The notes below the pieces were generated by a model. It searched no databases and was not told the origin of the DNA. It saw only the letters and a program-made list of their open reading frames with translations. A stretch of DNA of 64,000 nt from Blepharisma stoltei ATCC 30299. Lineage: Eukaryota > Protista > Ciliophora. A program made the position numbers and the translations under genes. How positions within the stretch are numbered: the first letter of the stretch is position 1; every line of letters starts with the position of its first letter. Below, in pieces: positions 32,651-45,954 of this stretch. The DNA is taken from NCBI GenBank assembly GCA_965603825.1, contig CBFDEM010000037.1:124001-188000 (forward strand). Direction: 5' to 3'.

Positions 32651-33214
32651 TTAAAAAATAAAATGAGAAGGAGATCTACAAGAATTTTGGGCTTTGCCTT
32701 GCTTAGATATAGGTCTAGGGCTTGTAGAATAATTATGCTTCGAGGTTCTCACAGGAGAATCAACCATAATAATTTTTGAGTTCGGCATTAAAGAATCCAA
32801 ATATGACTGGCCGAAATTTTGTGGGGAGTTGCAGTTTGATCTTGAAAAGGCTCTTTTTGGTTTTGGATCAGCTTTATACACAGGAGACGAGACTATTTGC
32901 TGATAATCATATGAAGACCCATTTTTTTTGCGCTCAAGCTTGTATAAACTTCCATGAAAAATTTGATATTTATATAACAACATTGGATTAGCGACTTGAG
33001 GTGGGCTTGGCTTTGCATTCGCATGTGTTTGAGATATGCTAGTATTATAATGCGGCAAGGACAGGGTGTTATTTTCATCAATATCAGAAAAACGTGAAGA
33101 ATATTTATCAATAAATCTATAAGGATGGGTAATTCTATTTATCGCAGGCTGCTTGTCAGCTTTCATAGTGAGAAAACAAGAAATAGGCTTCCCTGAATTT
33201 GACGGTCGCTTCAT
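32651..33214 (-). CDS. Hypothetical Ser/Pro-rich protein
   Basis: 187-aa ORF flanked by AT-rich spacers. Confidence 0.55.
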   Translation of the reverse strand: MKRPSNSGKPISCFLTMKADKQPAINRITHPYRFIDKYSSRFSDIDENNTLSLPHYNTSISQTHANAKPSPPQVANPMLLYKYQIFHGSLYKLERKKNGSSYDYQQIVSSPVYKADPKPKRAFSRSNCNSPQNFGQSYLDSLMPNSKIIMVDSPVRTSKHNYSTSPRPISKQGKAQNSCRSPSHFIF

Positions 33215-33396
33215 TGTTTTTTTACTATTTTTATTGTTAGTGTTTATCTAAAATTATGGGAATTTTTGAATAAATAAAATTTAAATGATTATAGGAAATA
33301 ATTTTTTTATTATGCACAATGAGTGCTATTTATTGACCTATTTAATTTATAGGCACTTTATTATTTACCTATTTAATACCTAAAATCTTAAAATAA

Positions 33397-34327
33397 CTAA
33401 TAGGCCAAATATGAATTCAGCAGCGCTTCTGAGGCAGTCAGCCTTTTTGATGGATCCCAAACCAATAGAGAATTCAAAAAATCTAGGCATTCATGAGAAT
33501 AATTAGAAAATAGAAGGTTCAAAGTATTGTACGGGTTTCTTGGAACTGAAAAGCTGTGTCTGATTTCAGCATATCTCGGCCAAATATTTTCATTTGGCTC
33601 TCCAATCAATTTACAAATCAGCTGAAATTGGTCAGCTTCATTATTCCCAGGCAAAATTGGCTTGCCATTATTAAGCATTTCTGCAAAAATGCACCCTACA
33701 GACCACATATCAATAGCTTGTGTATAATCTCTGCATCCCAGCAATATCTCAGGCGCTCTATACCACAAAGTTACTACATTTGGTGTCAAAATCCTCGCAT
33801 ACCTTCTTGCCAGCCCAAAATCGCACAATTTTAAGTTATTTTCTTCATCAATCAATAAATTTGACAATTTCAAATCCCTATGAATGATCCCCTGCTGATG
33901 CAAATATGCTACAGCTCTCAGTAGATCCCTAATGAATTTTTTAATTTGTATTTCTGTATATAACGTAGGAGACGGATGGTGGAGTAAAGATGCCCTGCTT
34001 GCAGAGCTGTCATAAAGGTAAGCTAAATCTCTTCCGCCATACTCCAAAACGAGAAAAACTCCTTTTCGTCCTGTGACGACTTCTATTAATTTGGCTATAT
34101 ATGGGTGGTCAATAGAGAGAAGAATTTCTATTTCGCGAAAAGAAGTGATGGCAAGCTGATTAGAAATTACTCCTTCATTGTCAGGGATTACATGCTTGAT
34201 TGCGTAGATCTGGTGAGTAGCTTTATCACTAGCACGGTCTGAAAGAGAGCTTACATACAGTTCCATAGGTCCCTTCACCGAGTTTGTTGAGCTTTTCGAA
34301 CGATTCGATATTTCTTGAGCCTTTCAT
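33397..34327 (-). CDS. CDK10/CDK11 (PITSLRE-like) cyclin-dependent kinase
   Basis: MKGSRNIESFEKLNKLGEGTYGTV|YRA after removing 16-nt intron 34239-34254; AITSFREI, IIHRDLKLSNLL, DFGLAR, VVTLWYRAPEILLG. Confidence 0.9.
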
Positions 34328-34351
34328 AATATTTTATTTAATATTTTATTA

Positions 34352-35539
34352 TTATCTCTTTTCAGAGTGCCTTCTTAGTAAGTTTTGCATTCTTTCATTA
34401 AGACCATTTATTTGTTCTTCAAGCTTTGCTTGGCTTTCTTCTTCGCCAGGCTCTTTATCGTTGTATTCTTCTTCTAGCTTTTGCAAGCGGAAAAGTTCTT
34501 TTGCAAGAGTTTCACTATGTTATAATTACTTTCTTTCAACAAGCATTTTATAGCTTGTTTCAAGTGATTGCAGAATTTCTCCTTTGGTTGACACGCTTTC
34601 TTTAAGCTTGTTTACTTCTTGTTCAACTTTTTGGAGTTTTGATTCTAATTGGGCTATATCATCGTTTTCTCTGGATTTTTCTTCATTTTCCTCTTTGATT
34701 TTTTCACTAATTTGCATTTACATTTCAATTTTTTCTTTTGAAATAAAAGCTTCAAGCTCTTCTTTTGTATCTTTTAATTGGCCTACCCCCGATTTCAGTT
34801 CTTTGCACTTTTTCTTTGTCTTCGCAAGCTTTTCTTCTAATTCTTCCTGACTGTTGTTATTTTTGCTTTCTATTTCTCCCAATTTTTCTTTAAGTTCTTG
34901 ATTTTCCCTCTTAGCTTCTTCAATTTTGGCTAAATTTTTTTCAAGTTTTTCTTTATACTGCTGGAGTTCTTCAATTGTATGTCCATAAAGTGGCGATTCT
35001 TCTCCTTTAGATTCCTCATCTTTTTCTTCAATCTTATCGTCTATTTTTTGGTCTTTTTTATCCTCAACTTCTGCTTCAGCTGCTATGTTTTGGTTTTCCA
35101 AGGGTTGAGCTTTTATAGAAAGGCAGACTTCAGCTTCTTTGTCCTTTGATTTTTGTATTGGGTAATTTGATTCTCTTATTGATGAGCCAATATAATCAGC
35201 TAAGTTCAACAACACTTTTCCAGCTTCAAAGTACTTTCCATTTGCTTCGCCAATTATTTTCAATTCTGCCTCTTTAGAGTTATAAGCTCCTGTCCCTTTC
35301 TTTTTAAACAAGGTATTCACAGGCATAAGCAATTGTTCGTTGATGGCTGCTTTTTTTTCCTCAGGGGTGACTGTGAAAACTTTTGTTTCAGACGTGATAT
35401 CTTCTATATGAAAATTACTTTTTTTCCAGATGATTTTTAAGTGGGTTTCATGTGGGAGAGCGATAATGATGTGGTGAACGTAAATTTCGAAGCTGAAAAC
35501 TTCTTTTGTTGTATTCAGTCTTTGGAACATCTTAGACAT
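34352..35539 (-). CDS. NT-type C2 (EEIG1/EHBP1-like) domain coiled-coil protein
   Basis: N-terminal C2-like region (IIWKK, GKVLLNLADY); 15-nt introns 35404-35418 (probable), 34707-34721 and 34515-34529 (both remove TAA); stop at 34352-34354. Confidence 0.75.
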
Positions 35540-35684
35540 TTATGTTTATCTGCTGTCCAAAAAGCTATGAAGTAATTTATTTATGATATTTGGATATAAA
35601 TTAAACCTATTTCTTTAGCAAATTTATGCTGCCTTTATTATGATGTTAAACATAACGAATATTTAGAGCCTTTTTCCAATAATA

Positions 35685-38600
35685 ATGGATTCAAGAAAAG
35701 ATATTCAATTTAAATTTCAAAACCTAAAAATTCAGCTTGTAAAAGAATGAATCAAGCAGGCCTATTTCCGAAAAGACAATAACATAAATCTATCGTACAT
35801 CTTAGAGAACCTTACTTCAGTTCATAACACTTTATTAGACCACAGTTATGTGCAAGATGAATACTTAAGTGAAGCCATCTTGCTAACTGAAGGTATTGGA
35901 GAAGTGACTCCTCGCTTTTTAGAGTCAGGAATCCACTTAGATGACGAAGAAGATCTGGATCTTGAAGAGCCACTTAGATCTTGTATACAAACCTTGAAAA
36001 CCATACAGCATTTATTATCGAAATCTTATGATAGTGAAGAATCAATAGTCACTTATTATAAAACCTATGCTGAAAAAATGAGGTCACAAGAAATTGTTTA
36101 CAGACGATCAGAAGTAGAAAATGAGATGCTAAGAGAAGAGCGAGAAGAGCTGCAAAAAGAACTGGAAGAAAAAAATGATAAATCCTTAGAAATTCAAATT
36201 AAGAAACTTACCAAAGAGCTTGAACAAAGCGAAAAAGAAAACAAAATATTAAAAAATCAGCAGCTTAAGCTACAAGAAGACTCACAAAAAATAAAAGCTA
36301 TGCATGAGGAGCTTAAAAAGAGTAATGAAGAGCTAATATCAGAATACAGACAAGCCCGATCGCAGCAAGAGCAGTTATTAAAAAGCCCTAACAGAAATGA
36401 CGAGCTGAAAACAAGAATAATAAGTTTAGAAAATCAAAATGAGCAGCTTCATATCGAGCTTACAGAAATCGAAGCTTTAAGCAGAAAACTCCAAGAAGAA
36501 AACGCTGAACTAGCACAAAAACTAGAACAAGAGCAGCGAAACGCCCATGGGCTCTCTAACTCTATGCTCGACCTTGAAGACGACGCAAAAGAAAAAGACA
36601 CTGCTTTAGAAAAAGCACAAATTCTGGTGAAAAAATTGAACGATGAATGTGAAAAACTCGTAAAAGAGCTTTCAAAGGCTAGCAGCGAAATAGAAAACTT
36701 AAAAAAAGATAACCGCAGCCTAGAACGGTCAAGCACTGATGTTAAGAAAAAAATGCAAGATATTGATATTATGAGAAGAACTGAAGAAAGGCTAAGAGAA
36801 GAAAACACTGCATTGAAAAATAAACTAATTGACCTAAATGATTCAAAAAATGAAGAAATAAATAAGCTAAATGCTATAATCGAAGAAATTTCAAGAGAAA
36901 AAACAAATATAGAAGGAGCTATGGAGGAATTAGAAGAAAAATTGACAGAAATTGAAAAACTAAGCCAAGAAAGAACTGATTTATTCTATCAATCTTGTAA
37001 TAAAGTCCAAGAACTGGAAGAAGTCATCAAACAGAAGTCTGAAGAAAATAAAAAAATTGTGGAAGATTTCCAAAATTCACAGGGAAATAGAGAAAAAGAG
37101 GTAATACATTGGAAAAGACAAGCAGAAAATGTTATTAGGCAGCTGCATAGCTTACAAGAAGGAGAAGCCCCACATCATCAAAGGACAAAATCACAAAATA
37201 ATAGATTCCCATTAGCAAATGCTCAAAATAACAGGCCACCAAAGAAAAAAGCACCTGTAAAACTGCTAAAAGGAAATTCTCCGAATAAAGAAAACATAAG
37301 AATTGACGAAGATGATGATTTTAAAGAAAATTTCCAAAGCGCGTCAACTTTAGAAGGAATTTCTCAACAATTAGAAGAAGCTTTATTAAGGGAAGCTAAG
37401 CTAAAAAAGACCATAAAAGAAATAGCAGAAAGAGAAGGGAAAAAATTAGCGGAATCATTGGAAATATTAAAAGAACAAACAGCTGCTTATAGATCAGAAG
37501 CTGAAAGATGGATTATGAGGAATGAAGAATTAGAACAACAATTATTAGAAATGATCAGCAAAAACGCAAATTTATTAGCAGTAATAAGAGACTTAAAGAA
37601 AATGATGCAGGTAAAAAACCAACAAACTGAAGATCAGAACCAAGCTTATAATAGTTTGAAAAATGAGATGCAGGGGACTATTGACTTTTTAATTTCTGAG
37701 CTAAATCAAAGGGATTCTTGCATTAAGAGTGATTTAATACCATATAGTGAAAAAGTGATCTCACATGAATTAAGCCATGCCCATGAAAAAATAAATGAGC
37801 TGAAAGATGAGCTGAGAGAAGAAAAAAGCCAAAATAGTATTATTATTTATGAACTTGAAAGAGAGAAGAAATGCAATTTCGATAATATGAATGAAATTGA
37901 GAGTTTAAGAAGAGACTTAGTCAGAAATAAAAATGATTTATGGCATATCCAAAAGCTCTTAGGAACTATAGACAATCCAAATGAAGAACCTTACGATAAA
38001 GATCTCCCTCAATTTTTGAAATCTTTTTCAAGTAAAAACATCGAATTAACTATAGCAGAACAAAGAGATCTAGAAAGCATTACAGAAACTGCTCGAAAAT
38101 CACTAGAGCGAATTAAAGACCTCCATTATTGTGAAATTAAATTACTTGAAATCCGAGAAGAATTAAACACATTTAAAGAGCAATCGGATTATGAAAAACA
38201 AAAACTTCTTGAAAATATTGATAGTCTTGAAAAAAAGCTAAGAGAAAAAGAATCCTTATGGGAAGATGAAAAAATCGAATTAAACGATACAGCGCAAAAT
38301 TTGAAAAATATTATCGCAAAAGAACAGAATGAAAAGTTTAGAATTAAAGGGCATTTAGAAGAGCAGCTTGTTCAGTATAAAAGAGAAATCGCAGAAATCA
38401 ATACTTACTCAAGAGCTGGGGTGCAAGAAAAAATACTATTAGAAGACGAATATGTGAGGGTTAGAAAAGAGCTCGACAATTGCAATGAAATTATACAAAA
38501 GCAAGAAAACAACATAAAATATCTTGAAGAACTTCAAATAAAAAATGCAAAAGAAATAGAAGCTCTCAAACAAAAAAATATCAGTATCTATGACGAGCTT

Positions 38601-39929
38601 AAATCCACAAAATCTAAAAATTTTGACTATAGAGTTGTGAATTTGCAAGAAATTATAGAAACACAAGAAACCACAATTTCTCAGCTTCAATCACAAATTA
38701 AAAATTTAAATATTGACAAATTGCAGCTAGAAAAAACATTAACAGCTTTTCGCAATCAAACTCCTGAAAAAGAAACAGATAAATCAATAAACGAGCTAAA
38801 AGAACAGTTAAGCTATTTATCTAGAGAAAACATTGACCTGAAAAGCGAAATAAATCGAATTACTTATAAGCCTGATACTACGAAAACTATGATAAATAGA
38901 AGGGAAGCTGATTCTAGATTTGAAGATTCAATAGGAAGCAGAGATGCTTATTCAGACCATTTAGAAAAAGCTTTATGTGAAAAAAACGAAATTATTGCAA
39001 ATTTAGAAAATCAAATTACGGTTCTTAATAAAAGCTCAAAAGATGCAGGGCTGGCTTTAGAACTTGAAAAAATCAAGCAGAAAAAAGATGCAAATCAAAA
39101 AAATTTCGATAAAAGATTGAAAGAATTTGAGCTGATTTTGAGATATTTAGAAGAAAAAATAATGCAAATCATTATTAATGCTCCACAAACTGCAAGCTTA
39201 GAGAAAATGGGTCATTATTTAAATGAAATTACACAGAAAAATATCACACTTGATTTATGGCTAAAAGGTGTTGTGTATAAGCTTGAATCCTATGCACAAA
39301 ATTCTTTGTTACAAAAAATGAGAGAAATAAACACATATACAGATATCTGCAAAATTTGTTTAGAAATATCTTTATCAGCAGATGCTACAGAGCTTAGAGA
39401 AATCTTATCAGAGCTTAATTCAAAATCTCCAGATTTAGAAAAAAATTCTCAAAAACTTGTTTTGGTTCTTAGAAATCTGCCTTCTTCGAAAAAGTCATTT
39501 GCTCGGCAGCCTGATGCTTCCAATGATTTGATGATTTCAAGAAGCCAAGTCGATTCTTTAGCTAAATCATCATTAAGACTGCAAGAATTAGAATCATCAC
39601 TTGCCAAAAAAGCTGAAAATCTTAATCAAATTTCAGATAAAACTGTTGATTTGCTTCAAAACTTAGATTCATCTCATTATCGAGGTCCAAAGCTGGAAAG
39701 AGCACTAAATATTCTTCAAAAATGCTGCAAGTCATATTCAAATGAAATTAATTCGGATTCTCAAGATTTACGAGTTATTTGTAAACTATTATCTGATTTT
39801 ATGGCAAATTCTCCTGAAAATGAATTATCATTAACCCTTGGGAGCTACACCAAGCAGCCAAATGTTCCAAGAATATCATGGAATGAGTCTCCTATCTTTG
39901 CAAGACAATTGGACGAGCTTAAAGAATAA
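35685..39929 (+). CDS. Very large coiled-coil protein (~1414 aa)
   Basis: Extended to ATG 35685 through one TGA; E/K/L/Q-rich heptads throughout. Confidence 0.85.
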
Positions 39930-39955
39930 TAAGATTAACCGTTTTTATAATAATT

Positions 39956-41923
39956 ATGGGATGCTGCGAAGGCAGAGGAGGTACCAAATATTCAGATGAT
40001 TCTAATAAGATGCAAGCTGTCCAAGAGGCTAAACCCATGAAAAAAGTCCCTGAAGAAGCCAAAAGAATAGAAATAAACTCAGATGCATCAGAACCTGAAA
40101 ATAATCATGGAAATATCCCTGCAAAGCCTCTTGATGAAAAAGGGGAAAACAATACTGGCCAAAATAACAAAGAAAAAATCAAAAGTAAAACAGAGTGAAA
40201 AATAGATAAAGAAAACAGCAAAGAGCCAAAGGTCAGTGACACCGAAAAGAACTTGGATAATGGAGAAGCTGCTAATAAAAAAGATATTGAGGAAGTGGAA
40301 TTTGTAAAGAAGGCTGAAGAAAAAGAAATGGAAACAGAAAATATAAGCCAAAACGAAATAGTGGTAAATTTTGGCTTTGATTCTTCTAACATTATCCCAA
40401 GCGACTATAGTCCTCAATTGCTTCCAGAAAAAAATAGTGAACCTCTTACCGAAAAAGAACTAAAAGAAATTTTGGAAAATATTAAAGGAGACCTCTATAA
40501 AGACCAAGAAAACAAAGAAAAAATTACCCCTGAATTAATTAAGCAGCTATTAGAATCACTAAAAAGCAATGATCCTGCAATTATTGAGCTTGCACTTCAG
40601 GACTTATTGGGATTATTTAAAATTCCAATACAATATAAAGATGCTGAAGCTTTATATGAAGATGATGCTTTATATGTTTTAAATAGCCTACTTCAAGACC
40701 CTGTCGAACTTTTAAGATACTTGGCTTCTAAACTTGTAAGAGCAATGCTGAAAGATAAGACAATTGAAATGGAAATGATTAAAAATTATCAAAAAGGCGC
40801 TATAATTAACTCTATTATACAAGCGAACCCAGGCTTCACGCAGCCAAAACACTTAAAAAGCAACCTTCACACTTTATATCATTTTTTATATGATGCAGAC
40901 CATAATATTATTTTCAGTAACCAAGAATTGCTGTTTTTCAATAACTTGATTCATTTATTGACCCAAACTCAGCTGGTGATTTTTATTTAGAAATTCAATG
41001 AAATGTCTAAAAATAAAGATTGGGATCTGTATAGCAAAAAAATATTAAAATTAATTGAAGATTTAAAAAATGATGCAAAGCTAGATCTAGTAGAAAGAAA
41101 AAGCTTGGGAAGTCCAAGGCTTTCTTCATATTCATCAGAAACTGAGTAAAGATTATTTAGTACTGTTTTTGCTACAAACATTTCGAAGTACACATTAGAA
41201 GAGCTTATTGCAGAGCTTAACACCCCAAGAAGAATTAAAGCTATTTTGCTAAATGATACATGGGCAGAAGCTCCTACAACTGTTGGATCCCTTTCAGCTG
41301 CGAGGATGGCAGAATTATTTGCAGATAAAATTTTAGATAATCCTGAAGTAATTTCTCTAGTAATTCGAACAAATGCTGTTGGAAAATTAAGAGAAAACTT
41401 GAAAAGCAGACTAAGAGACAAAAGAGAATCAGCCCTTATCTGTCTCTCACATATGATTCAGCCAGAGTACCCAGAAATATGTGATGAATTTATGTCTGAT
41501 GAAGGTTTAGCACTAATATACACCTTTATGCAAGACAATAAAGAAGGTATGAGAGTGGCTTCAATTGACGTACTCAGAGGCTACTATTTTAATCGCCCAT
41601 CAGCAATCCAAAGAGTTGTAAAATCTGGTCTTGATTTTACTGGAGGAATGATAACTATTTTACTTGGCCTAAGCACTCCAAGTTACGTTAACGCCATGCT
41701 GATGAATATAAGAGACATGTTTGTTGATGAAGAAGGAGACATTGATGAGGAAGTCCTTGCTTTATGGAAAAATGAAGGATTACTATATGCTCTTTCACAA
41801 ATTGATATTGAAAGACTAAAGGCACATCCTGAGTTCCTTGAATATGAACAACAGATATATGATTATATCAATACTATGAAAGAAGAGCTTGAGGCTGAAA
41901 ATGAAGAATTATTTGAAGATTAA
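39956..41923 (+). CDS. N-acylated (MGCC) armadillo/HEAT-repeat-like protein
   Basis: Three track ORFs join via TGA 40196-40198 and 15-nt introns 40976-40990 and 41146-41160. Confidence 0.75.
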
Positions 41924-42010
41924 TTATTTAATAATGATGCTTTAAATATAAATTATTGATGCTAGCTTTTAGAATTGAAAAATACCACAAGATCACTTAT
42001 ATAGTTTAAT

Positions 42011-45000
42011 TTAATTAATATTATTATTATTAAAGTTTGATATCTTTTTCCTTTTCAATTGATAGCCAAACCACGCTATTTCTATCCAAGGAACTAGAGC
42101 TAGCTCTAAAATATATGCCAAAATTGCATATATTGCACAAATCCCTAAGAGGATCAATCTGAAGTATTCAGGAATGTCTTTCAGCTAAATAAATCTTACA
42201 TTGAGCACATCTCTAACCCAATCTGCTGGATAAACAATAGAATAAGTCGTTGCAGCGACAAGAAAAATAAAAATTCCAGTAAACAAAAAATTTGTATAAA
42301 ATGGTTTCTTTCAAAGCCCTCCTACATTAAACACCAAAGCGATCATCTCCATTTGCATTCAACATGTCAAAAATATTACAGTATTTGGATAACTATAATA
42401 AAATTCGTTCAAGTCTTCCCCTCTCTCATAATCAGATTTTTCGAAAAATGGCATTCAGCTTGCAATTAAATAAACAGCTGCCTGAGTCGCAGTTTCAAGC
42501 AAAATTTGGCCTATTACTGAACTTAATACTGAAACTGAAATTAAAGCACTTATAGGCTGTTTTTTGCTTAATCTATTGCAAGCCTTTGTATAAGTCATAG
42601 CAATCGCTAGTGGCATTACAGTAATCAAATCATATACTAAAAACTGATTATTATGAGTCCCAGTTCCTACACTATATAATATACAAAGAGAAATAAAGGT
42701 GATCATAGCATATAAAGCCATATATTTAAAACATTGAACAGATGATACCAATGAGCATCTTCCTTCTCTTAATACATTAATTACACATGAAATATCTGGA
42801 ATTTTACTCGTAAAAGGTGCTGCAATAGAACTTTCAGCTTCACTTAACGATATCCCTATATCAGCAGTTTTTAAAGCTCCACAATCATTAGCCCCATCCC
42901 CACACATTCCGATGGTTTTTCCAAATTGCTGATATTTTTCCATCAGCAAACTTTTATGGTCTGGCGACATTCTTGCGAAAACTTTGCATTTTTCTATGAT
43001 ATTTTTAACACATATAGAAGAGTCTTGATCCCCCGATTCTGAAAGATGAATAAGGTGAGATAATGCTGCACCTGTCATAGCTAAAGTATAAGAATCGTTT
43101 AGAGATTTTCAAGGATGATCTATGATGGTATGAGATTCTAATGGTTTTTCAACTCCAAAAAGCTCCCATAAGATTTTTCCTTCTCTAAGCTCGCCAAGAT
43201 AGACAGAGATACTAGAGTCTATCAGTGAACATTCTCTGGCAACAGAAATTCCGGTTAGTATGGCATCGCCGGTGGCCATTATTGTTCTGATTCCAGCCTC
43301 ATGCAATACTTGGATTGCAGGAATTGTCTGAGATTTTAGCTTGTTTTGAAGAATTATCAGTCCTAAAAGCTCTAAATCTGATTCAAAGTCTGTAATATGC
43401 TTTGAATTTAACTCAGAGTTATCAATAGAATCAATAAATTTATAAGCACAAGCTAGTACTCTATATCCGGAGCATGTGTATCCTGATAAAATTTTTGCTA
43501 AATTTGCAGGGATACTCTCAGGATTGCATTTTTCTAATACTACCTCAGGTGCTCCTTTCATATAAAAAATGAACTGTCCATCAGCCAAACTTTTTACAAT
43601 CGCTCCCATCCTTTTGAGCTTCGAGGTAAAATGAAAAGTTCTTAACACCCCAAGCTCACCCTCATTTTTTTCTGATTTTACAATAAATTTTACATCAGAA
43701 TTCTGATTTTCTGCTAAAGGCAAATCCATACTTCACCTTGTAAAATTAAAAATCTGTATATCCTGAGAATCCCCAAGCAATTTTCCATCTACAACAATCA
43801 AAGAATGGCAGGCGGCCATACACTCAATCAAACGTTTTGAGCTGTTTATTATCAATGATGAGTCGTTATATATCAAATTAATCGACCTCTCTATATTAGG
43901 GTGAACCCCTAACAAGTCCATGCCATCTTCTGTCAACGTTCCTGTTTTATCAAAACAAAAAGTATCGATTCTCCCTGCAACATTGACACGCTGTGGCGCA
44001 GTACAAAAAATCCCTTGTTTTCTTAGTCTTGATATAGAAATTGCTGTACATATAGTCATACATGCAGGCAATGCTGGAGGAATTGCTTCAGTGAATAAAT
44101 CAAAACAATGGATAATGATCTGAAAGATAGGAACTCCTCGATAAATCATGATAGGCATACATATGATGAAGCCAAGGATCGAAATTATTGCAAGAACACC
44201 TATGAATTTTATTGCGTCTTCATAGAATTTAAATTTATTTGGCTTTGGATATAAAATTGAGCGGATCATTTTCCCTTTCATTGTTGCATAGCCAATTCTG
44301 GTAACTATTCCTATAACTTCTCCTTGGCCATAATTTCTTGTTTGGATTACTTTAGTCCCTTCATATAAGGAATAATGTCTATCTCCTTCAATGCTGTAAA
44401 TATGTTCAGATAAATAAGGAAGATTATCTTTTATAACAGGAATGGATTCGCCTGTTAAAGAGGCTTCATCTATAATACAACTTCCAGAGATTAAAACAGT
44501 ATCACAAGGCATTTCTTGCTGCTGAGGAATCTCAATTACGTCCCCAGGAACTAAGTTAGCACTGTCCAGAACAGTCCAATTTCCTTGTCGAAGCACCTTA
44601 ACTTTTATGATTTTTAAGGCAATTTCATGAAGTGCAAGCATGCTTTTTCTAGTTTGAACTGCTGATGAGAATAATGAAATGCAGGTTAAGAGTATGATAC
44701 AGCAGGAGTATAAGATATAATCATCAACCATTCATATCGTTATACTGAATATCTGGAAAATATAAAATGGACTAGTCCCTTCTTCATAAACCAGACGAAA
44801 AAATGACTTCAATGGGATTTCGATTTGGCATAAACCGAAAAGAGACTGCATTTCTTGAATTGATTCTCCGTCGCTGTAGCCTTTACTATATCTGTCTATG
44901 ATTGAAGAATAGGATATTGCTGCATTAAAATAAAGAGGCTGAAAACATTTCCCATCAAAATAATAAGATAAATCATGATGGGTAAAAGTAATGATATCAC

Positions 45001-45337
45001 CCAAAGTTTTGGAGTGCTTTAAGGTCATTTCAACCAAGTTGGTGAAATCTTTAGTTGTTATTAAAAAATGAGTGGATAAATTTGGTGGAGAACGTTTGTA
45101 ACGAACTCTAAGATGAAGCTTAATAAATCATTTGTCGAATAAAAAATAAATACCAAGTGTGATTATCACTAAAAATCAATAGAATAAATTCCCTATAAAA
45201 GTAAGTTTAAAAGACTCAATTTTTTGGATTAAAGATTCCTCATTGGCATATATATGCATTGTACATGTAAAAGTTGAATCTGAATAGGGAATGAGAGGCG
45301 ATTTTACAGTAAACTCCTTTCCATCACTTATTTCCAT
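42011..45337 (-). CDS. P5B-type ATPase (ATP13A2-5-like)
   Basis: PFYIFQ, LTGES, PPALP, DKTGTLT, KGAPE, TGD, MCGDGANDCGALK; multiple TGA-Trp; 15-nt intron 42185-42199. Confidence 0.93.
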
Positions 45338-45954
45338 TTTACTTTATTATATTTTAATAGAACTTTTAATATCTCAACAAGGCCAAAACGGCAGTTATGA
45401 TTTGCCCAAAGTATATAATTTCTTATGAAATTTCACTGGGAACTTATAATTCTTCATGCAAGTTTATTCCCACGATTTTATAGTCACCTTATAAATTTTG
45501 GCCCATTAGCATTTACCAGCCTGGCTTTTTGATAATTCTGAGTTAAAGCAAGTAAATAAGTTTTAAAAGCTTTTAGAAATTGATATTTAATATTAATTTG
45601 AGAAAAGGAAAAATTGTGGAATCACTCTGAATAAATTATAATGGAATAATACTAATATTAATGAGATGGCATTTTAATAAAGATTTTATAAAAGCTTTTG
45701 AACAAAAGCATTTATTATAAGCACCAATCGCGGCTTGAATTCATCAGCGATACGATTAATAAAATCGAAATTTCTTTTTTGAAATCTTAATTGAACTAAG
45801 CAGCATTAAAATCTTTCAAGCATTTAGCAAATTAAAATTCATGCACTTTAAAATTTTTCTTTAATACATATACATTTATAGCTTGATTTGTATAATACTA
45901 ACAATTAAATTATCTATATATTTAGATTTTTTATAATTGATCTGCTTTTACATT

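Noticed and set aside
43907-43914. CCCTAACA, a heterotrich telomere-like unit
   Set aside because: Single copy inside the P5-ATPase coding sequence; expected by chance.
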